From Bacilli bacterium (GTDB lineage: Bacteria > Bacillota_I > Bacilli_A > RF39 > UBA660), in assembly GCA_051872635.1 (NCBI GenBank), contig JBJEEA010000042.1, positions 24,822-88,821 of the forward strand: DNA of 64,000 bases, given 5' to 3'. The notes under the pieces are model-generated. The model saw nothing but the letters and a program-made list of their open reading frames with translations, made no database searches and was not told where the DNA came from. Position numbers and translations under genes: made by a program. Positions 23,594-33,637 of this stretch are shown one piece after another (position 1 is the stretch's first letter; every line of letters starts with the position of its first letter).

Positions 23594-24535
23594 GTGAATT
23601 TCATGTTTAAATATACTCTCGATAATAAAAGATATCATACCCTTAATTATTATTTAAAAAATAAATTTAATTGTAAGGTTTATAAAGTTAGTTTAAATGC
23701 TGGTTTTACTTGTCCTAATATTGATGGTACTAAAGGTTATGGCGGTTGTATATACTGTTCTAGAAGTGGTTCGGGAGAACACGGTGGTAATCCCAAAGAT
23801 AATTTAGTAAAACAATTTTGCGATGTTAAAAAGGTCATTGATAAAAAATGGCCAAATAGTAAATATATTGCCTATTTTCAAGCTCGAACTAATACTTATG
23901 CTCCATTAGAAGAATTAAAGGAAAAATATGAAACAGTTCTTAAAATAGATAATGTTATTGGACTATTTATTGCAACAAGATGTGACGCTATTAGTGATGA
24001 TACTCTAGATTATTTAGAAGAACTTAACAAAAGAACTTTCCTTACTATTGAACTTGGTCTTCAGACAATTCACGATAAAACTTCAAGACTAATTAATCGA
24101 TGTCATTCTCTTAAAGAATTTGACAATATGGTAAAAAAATTAAGAGATAGAAATATCAATGTTGTTGTGCACATTATTAATGGTCTTCCTTATGAGACCG
24201 AAGAAATGATGATAGATACAGTGAAGCATTTAAATAATTTAGATATTCAAGGTATTAAAATTCACATGCTTAATATTGTTAAAGATACTCCTTTAGAAAC
24301 TTTATATAAAAGAGAACATTTTCATATTCTTAGTAAAGAAGAATATATTGATATTGTAATTAAACAATTAGAATTACTAAATCCTAAAATAGTAATACAC
24401 AGAATTATGTCCGATCCTGATCGCAATACCTTAATAGAACCAACTTGGCTTTTAAAAAAATTTTGTGTTCTAAATGATATTGATAAAGAGATGAAAAGAA
24501 GAAATACTTATCAAGGTAAATATTATAAAAATTAG
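23594..24535 (+). CDS. TIGR01212-family radical SAM protein (YtqA-like)
   Basis: CPNIDGTKGYGGCIYCS cluster motif near the N-terminus. Size and layout are typical of the family. Confidence 0.8.
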   Translation: MNFMFKYTLDNKRYHTLNYYLKNKFNCKVYKVSLNAGFTCPNIDGTKGYGGCIYCSRSGSGEHGGNPKDNLVKQFCDVKKVIDKKWPNSKYIAYFQARTNTYAPLEELKEKYETVLKIDNVIGLFIATRCDAISDDTLDYLEELNKRTFLTIELGLQTIHDKTSRLINRCHSLKEFDNMVKKLRDRNINVVVHIINGLPYETEEMMIDTVKHLNNLDIQGIKIHMLNIVKDTPLETLYKREHFHILSKEEYIDIVIKQLELLNPKIVIHRIMSDPDRNTLIEPTWLLKKFCVLNDIDKEMKRRNTYQGKYYKN

Positions 24536-24561
24536 TACTATATACACCAAGTACTAATTTT
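24531..24561 (+). terminator. rho-independent terminator of the radical SAM gene
   Basis: TTAGTAC ... GTACTAA stem followed by TTTTT, overlapping the stop codon. Confidence 0.45.
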
Positions 24562-24702
24562 TATAATATTGATATTAATGTGAAGTAAATTTTTTATATT
24601 TTTATTCTAAATATTTTTGTTAACATAAATAAAAATAGCTTAATAGAACCATTTAAAGCTATTTTTAGTTTAAAATCTTATATATTAGTTTGAATAATTT
24701 AT

Positions 24703-25743
24703 TTAAAATAATCTTACTATATCGTTAAATGTTACATATATCATTAAAAGCATAAGAAGAGCAAAACCAATACTATTTATCATGGCTTCTGTTTTAGCTT
24801 TTATAGGTTTTCTTCTTACTTTTTCAATAATTAAGAATAATACTCTTCCACCATCAAATGCTGGGAATGGAATTAAATTAATGACACCAATATTCATTGA
24901 TAGATATGCTGTTAAATACATTATATTTTGAAAGCCTTGTTTGGATTGTGAATCTACAACACTGTATATACCAACTGGACCAGATAAATCTGAAGCTGAT
25001 ACGCCACCAGTAAATAATTCTTTTAATGTGGTAAGCATTAATTTGTATAAACTAACAGTAGTTTCACAAGCGTATGATATTGATGTACCAAGGCCTCTTC
25101 TTCTAGTAGAATCTAAGCCTATGCCAACTATATAGCTTTTACTTCCATCATCATTTGTAATGGTGTCTGGTGTAAGTTTTACTGTTCTTTTGTCACCATT
25201 TTTATCTTTTAAAACAAACTCTATCTCTTTTCCTTCACTTGTTTGAATATAAAGCTGAAGCTCACTCCAACTGGATACTTTATTTCCATTTATAGAAACA
25301 ACAGTATCTCCTTCTCTAATACCAGATTCATAAGCAGGGTAATTGCTGTTGACACTTGCTACTATCGGCTTAGTAGAAGTACTTCCATATATTAAAGCCA
25401 TAATAAACAAAAGGGCAAAAGCAAAGATAAAATTAAATGAAGCTCCTGCAATCATGATAATAAATCTTTTCCATACTGGTTTGTTATATAATTTACGATC
25501 ATCTGCTATTTTTGAATTATCATCTGCGTCTTCTCCAGCTAAGGATACAAATCCTCCAATTGGTATTAGTCTAAGGCAGTATTCTGTCTCACCATTTTTC
25601 TTCTTAAAGTGGAGTAATTTTGGACCCATTCCTATAGAAAATTCATAAACATAAACACCAAAAAGTTTTGAAAAAATAAAGTGTCCAAATTCATGAACTA
25701 AAATAATTGCTCCTAAAATTAATATAAACCATATAATTCCCAT
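24703..25743 (-). CDS. rseP: RIP metalloprotease RseP (site-2 protease)
   Basis: HEFGHF zinc motif in TM1, a central PDZ-like segment and a C-terminal FDGGR-type motif (AFDGGRVL). Confidence 0.9.
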   Translation of the reverse strand: MGIIWFILILGAIILVHEFGHFIFSKLFGVYVYEFSIGMGPKLLHFKKKNGETEYCLRLIPIGGFVSLAGEDADDNSKIADDRKLYNKPVWKRFIIMIAGASFNFIFAFALLFIMALIYGSTSTKPIVASVNSNYPAYESGIREGDTVVSINGNKVSSWSELQLYIQTSEGKEIEFVLKDKNGDKRTVKLTPDTITNDDGSKSYIVGIGLDSTRRRGLGTSISYACETTVSLYKLMLTTLKELFTGGVSASDLSGPVGIYSVVDSQSKQGFQNIMYLTAYLSMNIGVINLIPFPAFDGGRVLFLIIEKVRRKPIKAKTEAMINSIGFALLMLLMIYVTFNDIVRLF

Positions 25744-25755
25744 ATAATCCTCCTA

Positions 25756-26535
25756 TTAAAATATGCTAACTAATAATGCCATCCCGAGAGATACAAAAAT
25801 GACACTATCAAATCTATCTAAAATTCCACCATGTCCTGGTATTAAATTAGAATAATCTTTTTTTCCATAGTATCTTTTAATACTACTGAAAACTAAATCA
25901 CCCATTTCGCTAAGTAATGTCAATATAAGTGACATAATTATTACTTTAATTAGACTTAGATCAGAAACGAATCCCAAGTAAAATACCGTTCCGATAAATA
26001 CTCCCATAATAGTTCCAATTACTGATCCTTCGATTGTTTTCTTAGGTGATATATCGGTAAAATGATGTTTGCCAATTAATATTCCACCTATATAAGCATA
26101 TGTATCTGTTATAAAAGAAATTATAAATATATATATACATTTATAAATACTTATTTCTCGCATATCTATTATTGTTTTAAATGAAAAAGCTAAAAAATAG
26201 ACAATTCCAAGAAAGTATAAAGCATCATTTATATTATATTTACTTTTATCATTATAAAAAATAATTGGAAGAACAAGAGATAATATTGAAAGAATAATAA
26301 TAGCTTTATTATCTAACCTAAATATTGTATTGTTAAATAGAAATAAAACTAGTAAGATGCCTGACAGCACCTTAATGAAATCTATTTTTTCATTTTTATA
26401 CTTTATATCAATAAGTTCTTTTAGTCCACAAAGAGCAACTATTGACATAACAAAAGTAAATACTTTACTACCAAGTAATAATGATAAAATAAGTATAGTA
26501 ACAACTATCGTTCCTCCTAAAATTCTCTTTTTCAT
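25756..26535 (-). CDS. cdsA: phosphatidate cytidylyltransferase
   Basis: CdsA signature [28 protein letters not shown]. Confidence 0.9.
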   Translation of the reverse strand: MKKRILGGTIVVTILILSLLLGSKVFTFVMSIVALCGLKELIDIKYKNEKIDFIKVLSGILLVLFLFNNTIFRLDNKAIIILSILSLVLPIIFYNDKSKYNINDALYFLGIVYFLAFSFKTIIDMREISIYKCIYIFIISFITDTYAYIGGILIGKHHFTDISPKKTIEGSVIGTIMGVFIGTVFYLGFVSDLSLIKVIIMSLILTLLSEMGDLVFSSIKRYYGKKDYSNLIPGHGGILDRFDSVIFVSLGMALLVSIF

Positions 26536-26545
26536 ATTTTCCTCC

Positions 26546-28453
26546 TTAAGCTATTTTATAATCATCTTCCAATGAGAAAATAACATTTTCTTCTATCCAA
26601 TTTTTTCGCGGTTCAACAGCATCTCCCATTAAAACAGATACTCGTTTTTCTGCTAAAGCTGCATCTGTAATATTAACTTTAATAAGTTTTCTGCTTTTAG
26701 GATCCATTGTCGTTTCCCATAACTGACTAGCATTCATTTCTCCAAGTCCTTTATAACGCTGAACACGATAATTACTGCGGTTTTTAGTTTCTTCCTTTAA
26801 TTCTTCGTTAGACCAAGCATATATATGTTTATTTGAGTAACTTACTTTGTATAATGGTGGCATAGCTATATATAAATGTCCTTCTTCAATAAGTGGTTTC
26901 ATATAGCGATAGAAAAATGTTAAAAGTAAGCACTGGATATGAGCTCCATCATCATCAGCATCGGTCATAATAATTACTTTACCATAATTTATGTCTTTAA
27001 CATTAAAATCACTACCAACACCTGCTCCAATAGTATAGATTAATGTATTGATTTCTTCATTTTTAAATATTTCTTCCATTCTAGCTTTTTCAGTATTTAA
27101 TACTTTACCGCGAAGAGGAAGAATTGCTTGTGTTTTTCTATCTCTTCCCTGCTTAGCACTACCACCTGCACTATCTCCTTCGACAATAAATAGTTCTTTT
27201 TCCATAGATTTTTTACTTTGAGCGGGAGTAAGCTTTCCAGATAATAGTCTTTCGGTCTTTCTACTGTCTTTTCCTTTTCTTGTTTCTTCTCTAGCTTTTC
27301 TTGCAGCTTCACGAGCTTCTTTTCCTTTTACAGCTTTTCCAACTATTTTGGTAGCAATTTGTTTATTTTCTTCAAGAAAAAATTTAAGCTTTTCTGTAAC
27401 AATTGCCTCTACTATTGTTCGTGCTGCTGGAGTGCCTAATTTTGACTTTGTCTGTCCCTCAAATTGAAGTAATTCTTCTGGTATTTGAACAGATATAATA
27501 GCAGTTAATCCCTCTCTAACATCAGAGCCATCAAAACTTTTATCTTTTCCTTTGAGATAGTTATTAACTTTAGCATAGTCATTTAATACTTTAGTAACCG
27601 CTGTCTTAAAACCAATTTCATGACTTCCACCATCACTAGTCTTAACATTGTTAACAAAAGATACAATATTTTCAGCATAACTATCAGTATATTGCATTGC
27701 AACAGAGACATTTATTTTATCTTTACTAGCACTGAAGCAAAGTGGTTTATGAAGAACTTCCTTACCTTCATTTAAATATTCACAGAAAGATTCAAGACCA
27801 TTTTCATAACAATATTTTTCACTTCTTCCACCTATTTCGTCAACGACTTCAATTGTAAGTCCATCAATTAGAAAAGCACATTCTTGCATTCTTTCACATA
27901 TAGTGGAAAAATTAAAAGTTGTAACTGGAAAAATAGTGGGATCTGGTTTAAATTTAACGGTAGTTCCAGTTCTATTGGTTGTACCTACTTTTTTAAGTGG
28001 TACAGTAACCTTACCACCATTTTCAAACTTTATATAGTATTCTCCACCATCTCTTCGAGTTACTACTTCCATAACTGAGCTTAATGCATTAACAACGGAA
28101 CCACCAACACCATGCAAGCCACCCGAAACTTTATAACCACTATCTGTAAATTTTCCACCAGCATGTAATACTGTATATATAACTTCTGGAGTTGATTTAC
28201 CTGATGAATGCATCCCAGTTGGAAGTCCTCTTCCTTTATCAGTAACACTAATTGATCCATCTTTATGAAGGACTATTTTAAGGTGATTACCATATCCATT
28301 TAAGGCTTCATCTATTGAATTGTCTACTATTTCCCATACAAGATGATGTAGTCCTCTTTTATCAGTTGATCCTATATACATACCTGGTCTTTTTCTGACT
28401 GCTTCTAGGCCTTCAAGTATTTTAATTGAACTCTCATCATATTTCGCTGTCAT
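26546..28453 (-). CDS. parE: DNA topoisomerase IV subunit B (type IIA topoisomerase B subunit)
   Basis: [39 protein letters not shown] ... [28 protein letters not shown] follows the B. subtilis ParE pattern (RGMPTGMH..GKPTPEV) rather than GyrB. 635 aa. Confidence 0.8.
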   Translation of the reverse strand: MTAKYDESSIKILEGLEAVRKRPGMYIGSTDKRGLHHLVWEIVDNSIDEALNGYGNHLKIVLHKDGSISVTDKGRGLPTGMHSSGKSTPEVIYTVLHAGGKFTDSGYKVSGGLHGVGGSVVNALSSVMEVVTRRDGGEYYIKFENGGKVTVPLKKVGTTNRTGTTVKFKPDPTIFPVTTFNFSTICERMQECAFLIDGLTIEVVDEIGGRSEKYCYENGLESFCEYLNEGKEVLHKPLCFSASKDKINVSVAMQYTDSYAENIVSFVNNVKTSDGGSHEIGFKTAVTKVLNDYAKVNNYLKGKDKSFDGSDVREGLTAIISVQIPEELLQFEGQTKSKLGTPAARTIVEAIVTEKLKFFLEENKQIATKIVGKAVKGKEAREAARKAREETRKGKDSRKTERLLSGKLTPAQSKKSMEKELFIVEGDSAGGSAKQGRDRKTQAILPLRGKVLNTEKARMEEIFKNEEINTLIYTIGAGVGSDFNVKDINYGKVIIMTDADDDGAHIQCLLLTFFYRYMKPLIEEGHLYIAMPPLYKVSYSNKHIYAWSNEELKEETKNRSNYRVQRYKGLGEMNASQLWETTMDPKSRKLIKVNITDAALAEKRVSVLMGDAVEPRKNWIEENVIFSLEDDYKIA

Positions 28454-28551
28454 ATACTATCACTCTTTCTATTAATTCATATTAATTATACAATAAAAAA
28501 AGATTTAGGGCAAGCTTCTTGTCATTTTTATTGACAAAAAAGTAATCTAAG

Positions 28552-29853
28552 TTAATTTAGATTACTTTCTAATAATTCTTTAAATTTGCGACAATCATCA
28601 AAGCTATAATTACTAATTAAACTAATAGCAATTGCATCATCAATACTAATATCAGAGTGTCTTGTATAATTTTTTAATTCTTTTAGCATTTTGACCATTT
28701 TCTTATACTCTTCAACACTATAATTACCTATAATGGTATTTTCCTCTTTTTTATCATCAGTTATATCTAAAATAGGTTCTTCTTTTTGGAATACACCATT
28801 ATTGTTTTCATCTAATATATCGTCATTAATGTATTCTTCTTTTATAGATATATTATTTTTTTCAGAAATACTAGTAGTTATATTTTCATTACTAGTTTCT
28901 ATTGATAAATCAAGACCATCTTTTTGGTTACTTTCTTTAATACTTTTGTCTTTGCTTTTATCTTCTGTTTTTGAAAGTAGACTATTATATTTGTTTTCAT
29001 ATATTTCTTGAGGGTCGGCTACTTTAAGGGAAGTGGGAGGTATATTATTTTCTATTTCATAATATGTAGCTTTTATATTGCCATTTATTATATTATTGAA
29101 ATTACTGTCTATTTTACTGTTAGCATCTATAGTATTATTTTTGGTTTTATTAACATTCTCATTAATGGCTAGTGATGGTTTATAATCATTATTATTTTTA
29201 ATTTTAGGTTCTTTTATTTCACTAGTCATTTGCTCTATGGAAGGGGTAATTATTGGTACTGGAACTCTTACTTCTTTTTTATTCTTAATTCTATTACATA
29301 TAGTGTTAGTAATATATATAATTACAATGGCAAAAATCCATATTAGAACTAGGTTTATATCTAATTCTAAAATAGCAACTAATTCAGTACTAGTATAAAG
29401 TGATGATATTTCAAATACATCTATTTTCTTTTGAGCTATTAAATTCAAAATAATAGCAAAGATAATACTATTTAATACGAACATAATACTATTCGCAATT
29501 TTATATGATTTTTTAGTCTTCTTACTTAATAAACTTGTAATAAATACAATAGTTATAAAATTAAGCAAGGCTATATATACATATATAGAGGGAAAATAGA
29601 TATTTCTAAAAAATATAGTCGTAAAATTATCAAAAGTATTAAATAATATTTTATGATTAATAGTAATACTAATAGCAAATAATAGTGTTAAAAGTAAAGT
29701 CATAGATAATAAGTATTTTTTATTATTTATCTTTTTAAATATATATATTAATGTTAACACAATCATTAAGATGATAAAAACCAATACGAATTTTAATTCT
29801 ACAACTACATTAAATAGTATTTTTAGTTTGTCAAATAAAGATAAATAAGTCAT
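28552..29853 (-). CDS. hypothetical membrane protein: about 6 N-terminal TM helices and an Asn/Lys-rich C-terminal region
   Basis: Intact 433 aa ORF. I recognise no family. Confidence 0.5.
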   Translation of the reverse strand: MTYLSLFDKLKILFNVVVELKFVLVFIILMIVLTLIYIFKKINNKKYLLSMTLLLTLLFAISITINHKILFNTFDNFTTIFFRNIYFPSIYVYIALLNFITIVFITSLLSKKTKKSYKIANSIMFVLNSIIFAIILNLIAQKKIDVFEISSLYTSTELVAILELDINLVLIWIFAIVIIYITNTICNRIKNKKEVRVPVPIITPSIEQMTSEIKEPKIKNNNDYKPSLAINENVNKTKNNTIDANSKIDSNFNNIINGNIKATYYEIENNIPPTSLKVADPQEIYENKYNSLLSKTEDKSKDKSIKESNQKDGLDLSIETSNENITTSISEKNNISIKEEYINDDILDENNNGVFQKEEPILDITDDKKEENTIIGNYSVEEYKKMVKMLKELKNYTRHSDISIDDAIAISLISNYSFDDCRKFKELLESNLN

Positions 29854-29878
29854 ATTTACTTTCCCCCCTTTCTCATTA

Positions 29879-30526
29879 CTAATTAACCCCTTCTAATTCA
29901 GCAATATAAATAGTTTGATGATATTCATCATCCTTAGTACAAGTTATTAATGTAAGAATAGTTTTTTCACTGTCTCTGATTATTTTAATCATTCCTGTTT
30001 TTTCTTCATTATAAATATTAACTATTTTATAGGTATATTTTGAATTATTGTAATAAATATTTATTTTATCACCTTGCACTAGTTTATATAAGTCTTTAAA
30101 ATAACTATTATTATAATTACCAGAATGTCCCGCAATTATAAGATTACCTTTGTTTACATTAGGGTAATTTGATTCTGGTAATACATATAAATTGAATTTT
30201 ACATTATTTAAATTAGAACTCTTACTATAAAAGCCTTTATATAAATTTATCTTTGGAATTTCAATAATTCCCAAATATTCTTCATATGTGTAGTTATTAT
30301 TACTTTTTTCTTCTTTTTCATGATTTTCTAAGTTTTCTGCTGGTATAACACTATCATCTTGCTCTTTTTCATTAATGCCTTGATTTAATTGAGATAGTGT
30401 CAAATTCATTTCACTAAATACAACATCCCTTTTATCTTTAATATAATTAGAAAGTAAAGCGAGAGTTCCAATTATTATTAGTGTTACTCCCGCTGCTACT
30501 TGGTATTTAAAATTAATTTTCTTCAT
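29879..30526 (-). CDS. sortase-family transpeptidase
   Basis: N-terminal TM anchor, LGIIEIPKINL, active-site His (IIAGHSG) and Cys (TLITC). It overlaps the upstream surface protein gene by 14 nt. Confidence 0.8.
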   Translation of the reverse strand: MKKINFKYQVAAGVTLIIIGTLALLSNYIKDKRDVVFSEMNLTLSQLNQGINEKEQDDSVIPAENLENHEKEEKSNNNYTYEEYLGIIEIPKINLYKGFYSKSSNLNNVKFNLYVLPESNYPNVNKGNLIIAGHSGNYNNSYFKDLYKLVQGDKINIYYNNSKYTYKIVNIYNEEKTGMIKIIRDSEKTILTLITCTKDDEYHQTIYIAELEGVN

Positions 30527-32084
30527 TCTTTTTATAATTTTTGTATATTATCATAGCACCAAGGCCGATAATAATAATTCCAATTAAGGATGCTGTAATT
30601 GTCTTAAATGATGATGTACTAGGAACAGATATATATGTTTCTGGTTTATTATACATTACTATTTCACCATCTACTGTTCCATCTTCTTTAACCGTAAACT
30701 CAACTGTTTCTGTACTTAATTCATATCCTTCTGGTGCGAGAGTTTCAGTTAAATAATATTTTCCTGGTTCTAGGTTTTCAATTTTATGTGGTTCTTCAGA
30801 AGATATCCATGCTTCAATTAAGTTTCCATCTTTATCTTTAAGTTCAAGATGAGCCCCTGGAAGTTCATTTCCGCTCGTAATATCTTTTTTACTTATATAT
30901 ATTGATTTCTCTGATACTTCTTCAGGGTTATTTTTCATAACAACTTTAGTAACACTTCCATCAGACTTTAGCTCAAATTCTATCTTTTCTGAACTTAAAA
31001 TATAACCTTCTGGTGCGATAGTTTCAGTTAAATAATATTTTCCTGGATTTAATCCTTTAATAACTTTAGGTTCACTAGTAGAAATCCACGAATACTCATA
31101 GCTTCCATCGGCTGATTCAAGTGTTAATTTTGCTCCTGGTAATTCGCTTCCTGTTGTAGCATCAATCTTGCTAATTTGAACTTCAGTACTTACATTAATT
31201 TTTAAAGTAGTTGAATCTTTTAAACTTTTATTTTCTGGATATAAGGCTGCTGTTGATTGATAATATGAATGAGCTGGAGTATACAAATAAGCTTTATTTA
31301 TACTTCCTGTTCCTGATATATTAATTTTAAACTCTGCATTAAGTGTAGTAATACTTGATACAGGAACTTTTACTATAAACTGCTCATCAGTAGTAAAAGT
31401 TGATTTTTCTTTACCATTACTATCAGTAATAATTGTATTCTTTGGTGCATTTTCTAAATTTACAGTATAACTGTTATTTTTTATTTTTCCAGTAGTGGTT
31501 ACGCCAATATTAGAGCTTACGTAATACTTTCCATCACTAGACAATGTTAAATTATTATTTGAAATACTAACTTTCATATCTGGATTTGGATTTGAATAAT
31601 TTTTTGCCCCTTTTACTAATTTTGCTATTTCTCTTACAACATCAGAGCTTTCTCCTCTATATGTACCATTAGTAAGATTAAAATAAGTAAACGTAGTATC
31701 ATTTGGAGCAACTAAGTACCAAACTGCCAAACCGGTGATAAAGTAATCTTTATTTTTATTACCAGTTATGCTTTTTTGTGGATAACCATTTTCTAAAACA
31801 TAAGCAAATCTATCATCTAGCTCTTTACTTAAAGTATATTTTTCGGTTCCATTAGCGATCATTGAATCGTGTATTTCAGTACAATAAACAACTTTTCCAT
31901 CCGTATTTTCTTTATAAGAAAATCTAAGCGTACTATTTTTTAAATAGTTTGAACCTTCAATTAAATATAAATCTTTAGCATTGATATAGAAACTATTAGG
32001 TGCTGTCGTTGATGCTTTTACGGTAATACCAAAAATAGTACTAAAAACTGCTATTAAAATAAATAAAATTTTTTTTAATTTCAT
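30513..32084 (-). CDS. cell-surface protein with a TQXA-like N-terminal domain, two SpaA/Cna-B-type repeats and a C-terminal sorting signal
   Basis: Start chosen at MKLKKILFIL (GGGAGGG SD upstream); the track ORF extends to 32144. It contains VVYCTE ... YVLENGYP ... ITGLAVW, two GKYYLTET.APEGY repeats, and a C-terminal VPSTS motif followed by a TM helix and a KNYKK tail. Confidence 0.8.
   Translation of the reverse strand: MKLKKILFILIAVFSTIFGITVKASTTAPNSFYINAKDLYLIEGSNYLKNSTLRFSYKENTDGKVVYCTEIHDSMIANGTEKYTLSKELDDRFAYVLENGYPQKSITGNKNKDYFITGLAVWYLVAPNDTTFTYFNLTNGTYRGESSDVVREIAKLVKGAKNYSNPNPDMKVSISNNNLTLSSDGKYYVSSNIGVTTTGKIKNNSYTVNLENAPKNTIITDSNGKEKSTFTTDEQFIVKVPVSSITTLNAEFKINISGTGSINKAYLYTPAHSYYQSTAALYPENKSLKDSTTLKINVSTEVQISKIDATTGSELPGAKLTLESADGSYEYSWISTSEPKVIKGLNPGKYYLTETIAPEGYILSSEKIEFELKSDGSVTKVVMKNNPEEVSEKSIYISKKDITSGNELPGAHLELKDKDGNLIEAWISSEEPHKIENLEPGKYYLTETLAPEGYELSTETVEFTVKEDGTVDGEIVMYNKPETYISVPSTSSFKTITASLIGIIIIGLGAMIIYKNYKKNEEN
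30639..31181 (-). repeat. tandem in-frame duplication encoding two SpaA/Cna-B-like domains of about 87 aa each
   Basis: Residues 322-408 and 415-502 align well (SK.D..(T/S)G.ELPGA.L.L...DG...W.S..EP..I..L.PGKYYLTET.APEGY). Confidence 0.8.
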
Positions 32085-32198
32085 AATAAAACCCTCCCTT
32101 GAAATTCGGTTATATATATTAACACTTTTTTTTATGTTTGTCAAGGTAACAATTTGCCACTTATTATAAGTAGAAAGTAGAAGAACTTTTATTTCCTT

Positions 32199-33089
32199 CT
32201 ACTTTTCTTTTTTATTTATCATTTCATCAATAACAGTTCCAATTGTTGCTACATTTTGTAAATTAGATGGTATTATTATCTTTGTGGCTTGGCCACTAGC
32301 TACTTTTTCTAATGCTTCATAACTTTTAAGTGTAAGAACAGAAGTATCTGCTTTTGCTTCTCTAAGAAGTTTTATACCATCAGCTTCAGCCTTTTTTAAT
32401 TTAAGCATAGCTTCTGCTTCTCCTTCAGCCATTTTAATTTGAGCTTCTTTATGTGCCTCAGCTTTTAGAATAGCGGATTCTTTTTCACCCTCTGCTATTA
32501 AAATACTAGATTTCTTTTCACCTTCAGCTTGAAGAATTTTTTCTCTTCTTTCTCTTTCAGCACGCATTTGTTTTTCCATGGCTTCTTGAATATCTCTTGG
32601 TGGAAGAATATTTTTTACTTCTACCCTATTTACTTTTATTCCCCAAGGATCAGTTGCCTCATCAAGTATACTTCGCATTTTGGCATTAATAATATCCCTT
32701 GAAGTTAGAGTTTGGTCGAGTTCTAATTCTCCAATAATGTTTCTAAGTGTTGTAGCTGTTAAATTTTCAATAGCGTTAATTGGATCTTCAATACCATATG
32801 TATATAATTTAGGATCAGTTATCTGAAAATAAACAACGGTATCAATTTGCATTGTAACATTATCTTTAGTAATAACTGGCTGTGGTGCAAAATCTTTGAC
32901 AATTTCTTTCAAAGTAACTTTATTAGATACTTTATCAATAAAAGGTATCTTAAAATGTAAACCATTCCCCCAAGTAGCAAAATAACTACCAAGGCGTTCA
33001 ATAACATAAGATTTTGCCTGTGGTACTACTTTAATATTTGGAATAATAAAAAGAAGTACCAATACTAAAATAACAATTAAAATTTCCAT
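32199..33089 (-). CDS. SPFH/band-7 (stomatin/prohibitin-like) protein
   Basis: N-terminal TM helix, an SPFH core (VDTVVYFQITDP..., TSRDIIN) and an Ala/Glu-rich coiled-coil C-terminus. Confidence 0.88.
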   Translation of the reverse strand: MEILIVILVLVLLFIIPNIKVVPQAKSYVIERLGSYFATWGNGLHFKIPFIDKVSNKVTLKEIVKDFAPQPVITKDNVTMQIDTVVYFQITDPKLYTYGIEDPINAIENLTATTLRNIIGELELDQTLTSRDIINAKMRSILDEATDPWGIKVNRVEVKNILPPRDIQEAMEKQMRAERERREKILQAEGEKKSSILIAEGEKESAILKAEAHKEAQIKMAEGEAEAMLKLKKAEADGIKLLREAKADTSVLTLKSYEALEKVASGQATKIIIPSNLQNVATIGTVIDEMINKKEK

Positions 33090-33090
33090 A

Positions 33091-33510
33091 CTATTTTTCC
33101 TCCCATTTTTCTACTTTTATTTTTGTGCTATTTATAGAAAGTACTCTGACTATTTCCCCTTTTGAAATGTTGGTATCTGAATAAGCTGACCACTTCTTAC
33201 CATCTACCTTTACTTCACCAATGCTATCTTTGGTAATACTTTCTGTAACAATTCCTTTCATTCCAAGTATTCTATCAATATTAGTTTTTACTTTATCTTT
33301 TTTTATCTTTTTATATATTTTCTTACTAAGTGGCATAAGCAATACTCCTAGAATAACAAAAAGACCAAACTGAATATATAAGTTATCACAAAATAGTGAT
33401 ACAATCATAGTAGCAATCCCACTTATAACAAACCAAATACTAACTAAATTAGTAGTTAACATTTCAAATATTCCTAAAATGATGACAATAATAAGCCACA
33501 TATAAACCAT
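33091..33510 (-). CDS. NfeD-family membrane protein, partner of the SPFH protein
   Basis: Three TM helices plus a C-terminal OB-like domain (GEVKVDGKKWSAYS). The classic nfeD-SPFH gene pair. Confidence 0.85.
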   Translation of the reverse strand: MVYMWLIIVIILGIFEMLTTNLVSIWFVISGIATMIVSLFCDNLYIQFGLFVILGVLLMPLSKKIYKKIKKDKVKTNIDRILGMKGIVTESITKDSIGEVKVDGKKWSAYSDTNISKGEIVRVLSINSTKIKVEKWEEK

Positions 33511-33637
33511 TTTATCACCTATTCCCTTATATGCATATATTCAAATAAATATTATACTTTTTTTCAAACTAATTATATCAGAAAAATTCTTTTATTACAA
33601 TGCTTTAATATAATTATTGTTTATAAGAATGTATTTT

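Noticed and set aside
27097-27312. 71 aa minus-strand ORF inside parE.
   Set aside because: It is an alternative frame of the same strand within a well-conserved topoisomerase gene, a Lys/Glu-rich frame artefact.
26546-28453. Calling this gene gyrB.
   Set aside because: The N-terminal region follows the ParE-type pattern ([26 protein letters not shown]) and no gyrA is adjacent. I kept parE, flagged as needing phylogenetic confirmation.
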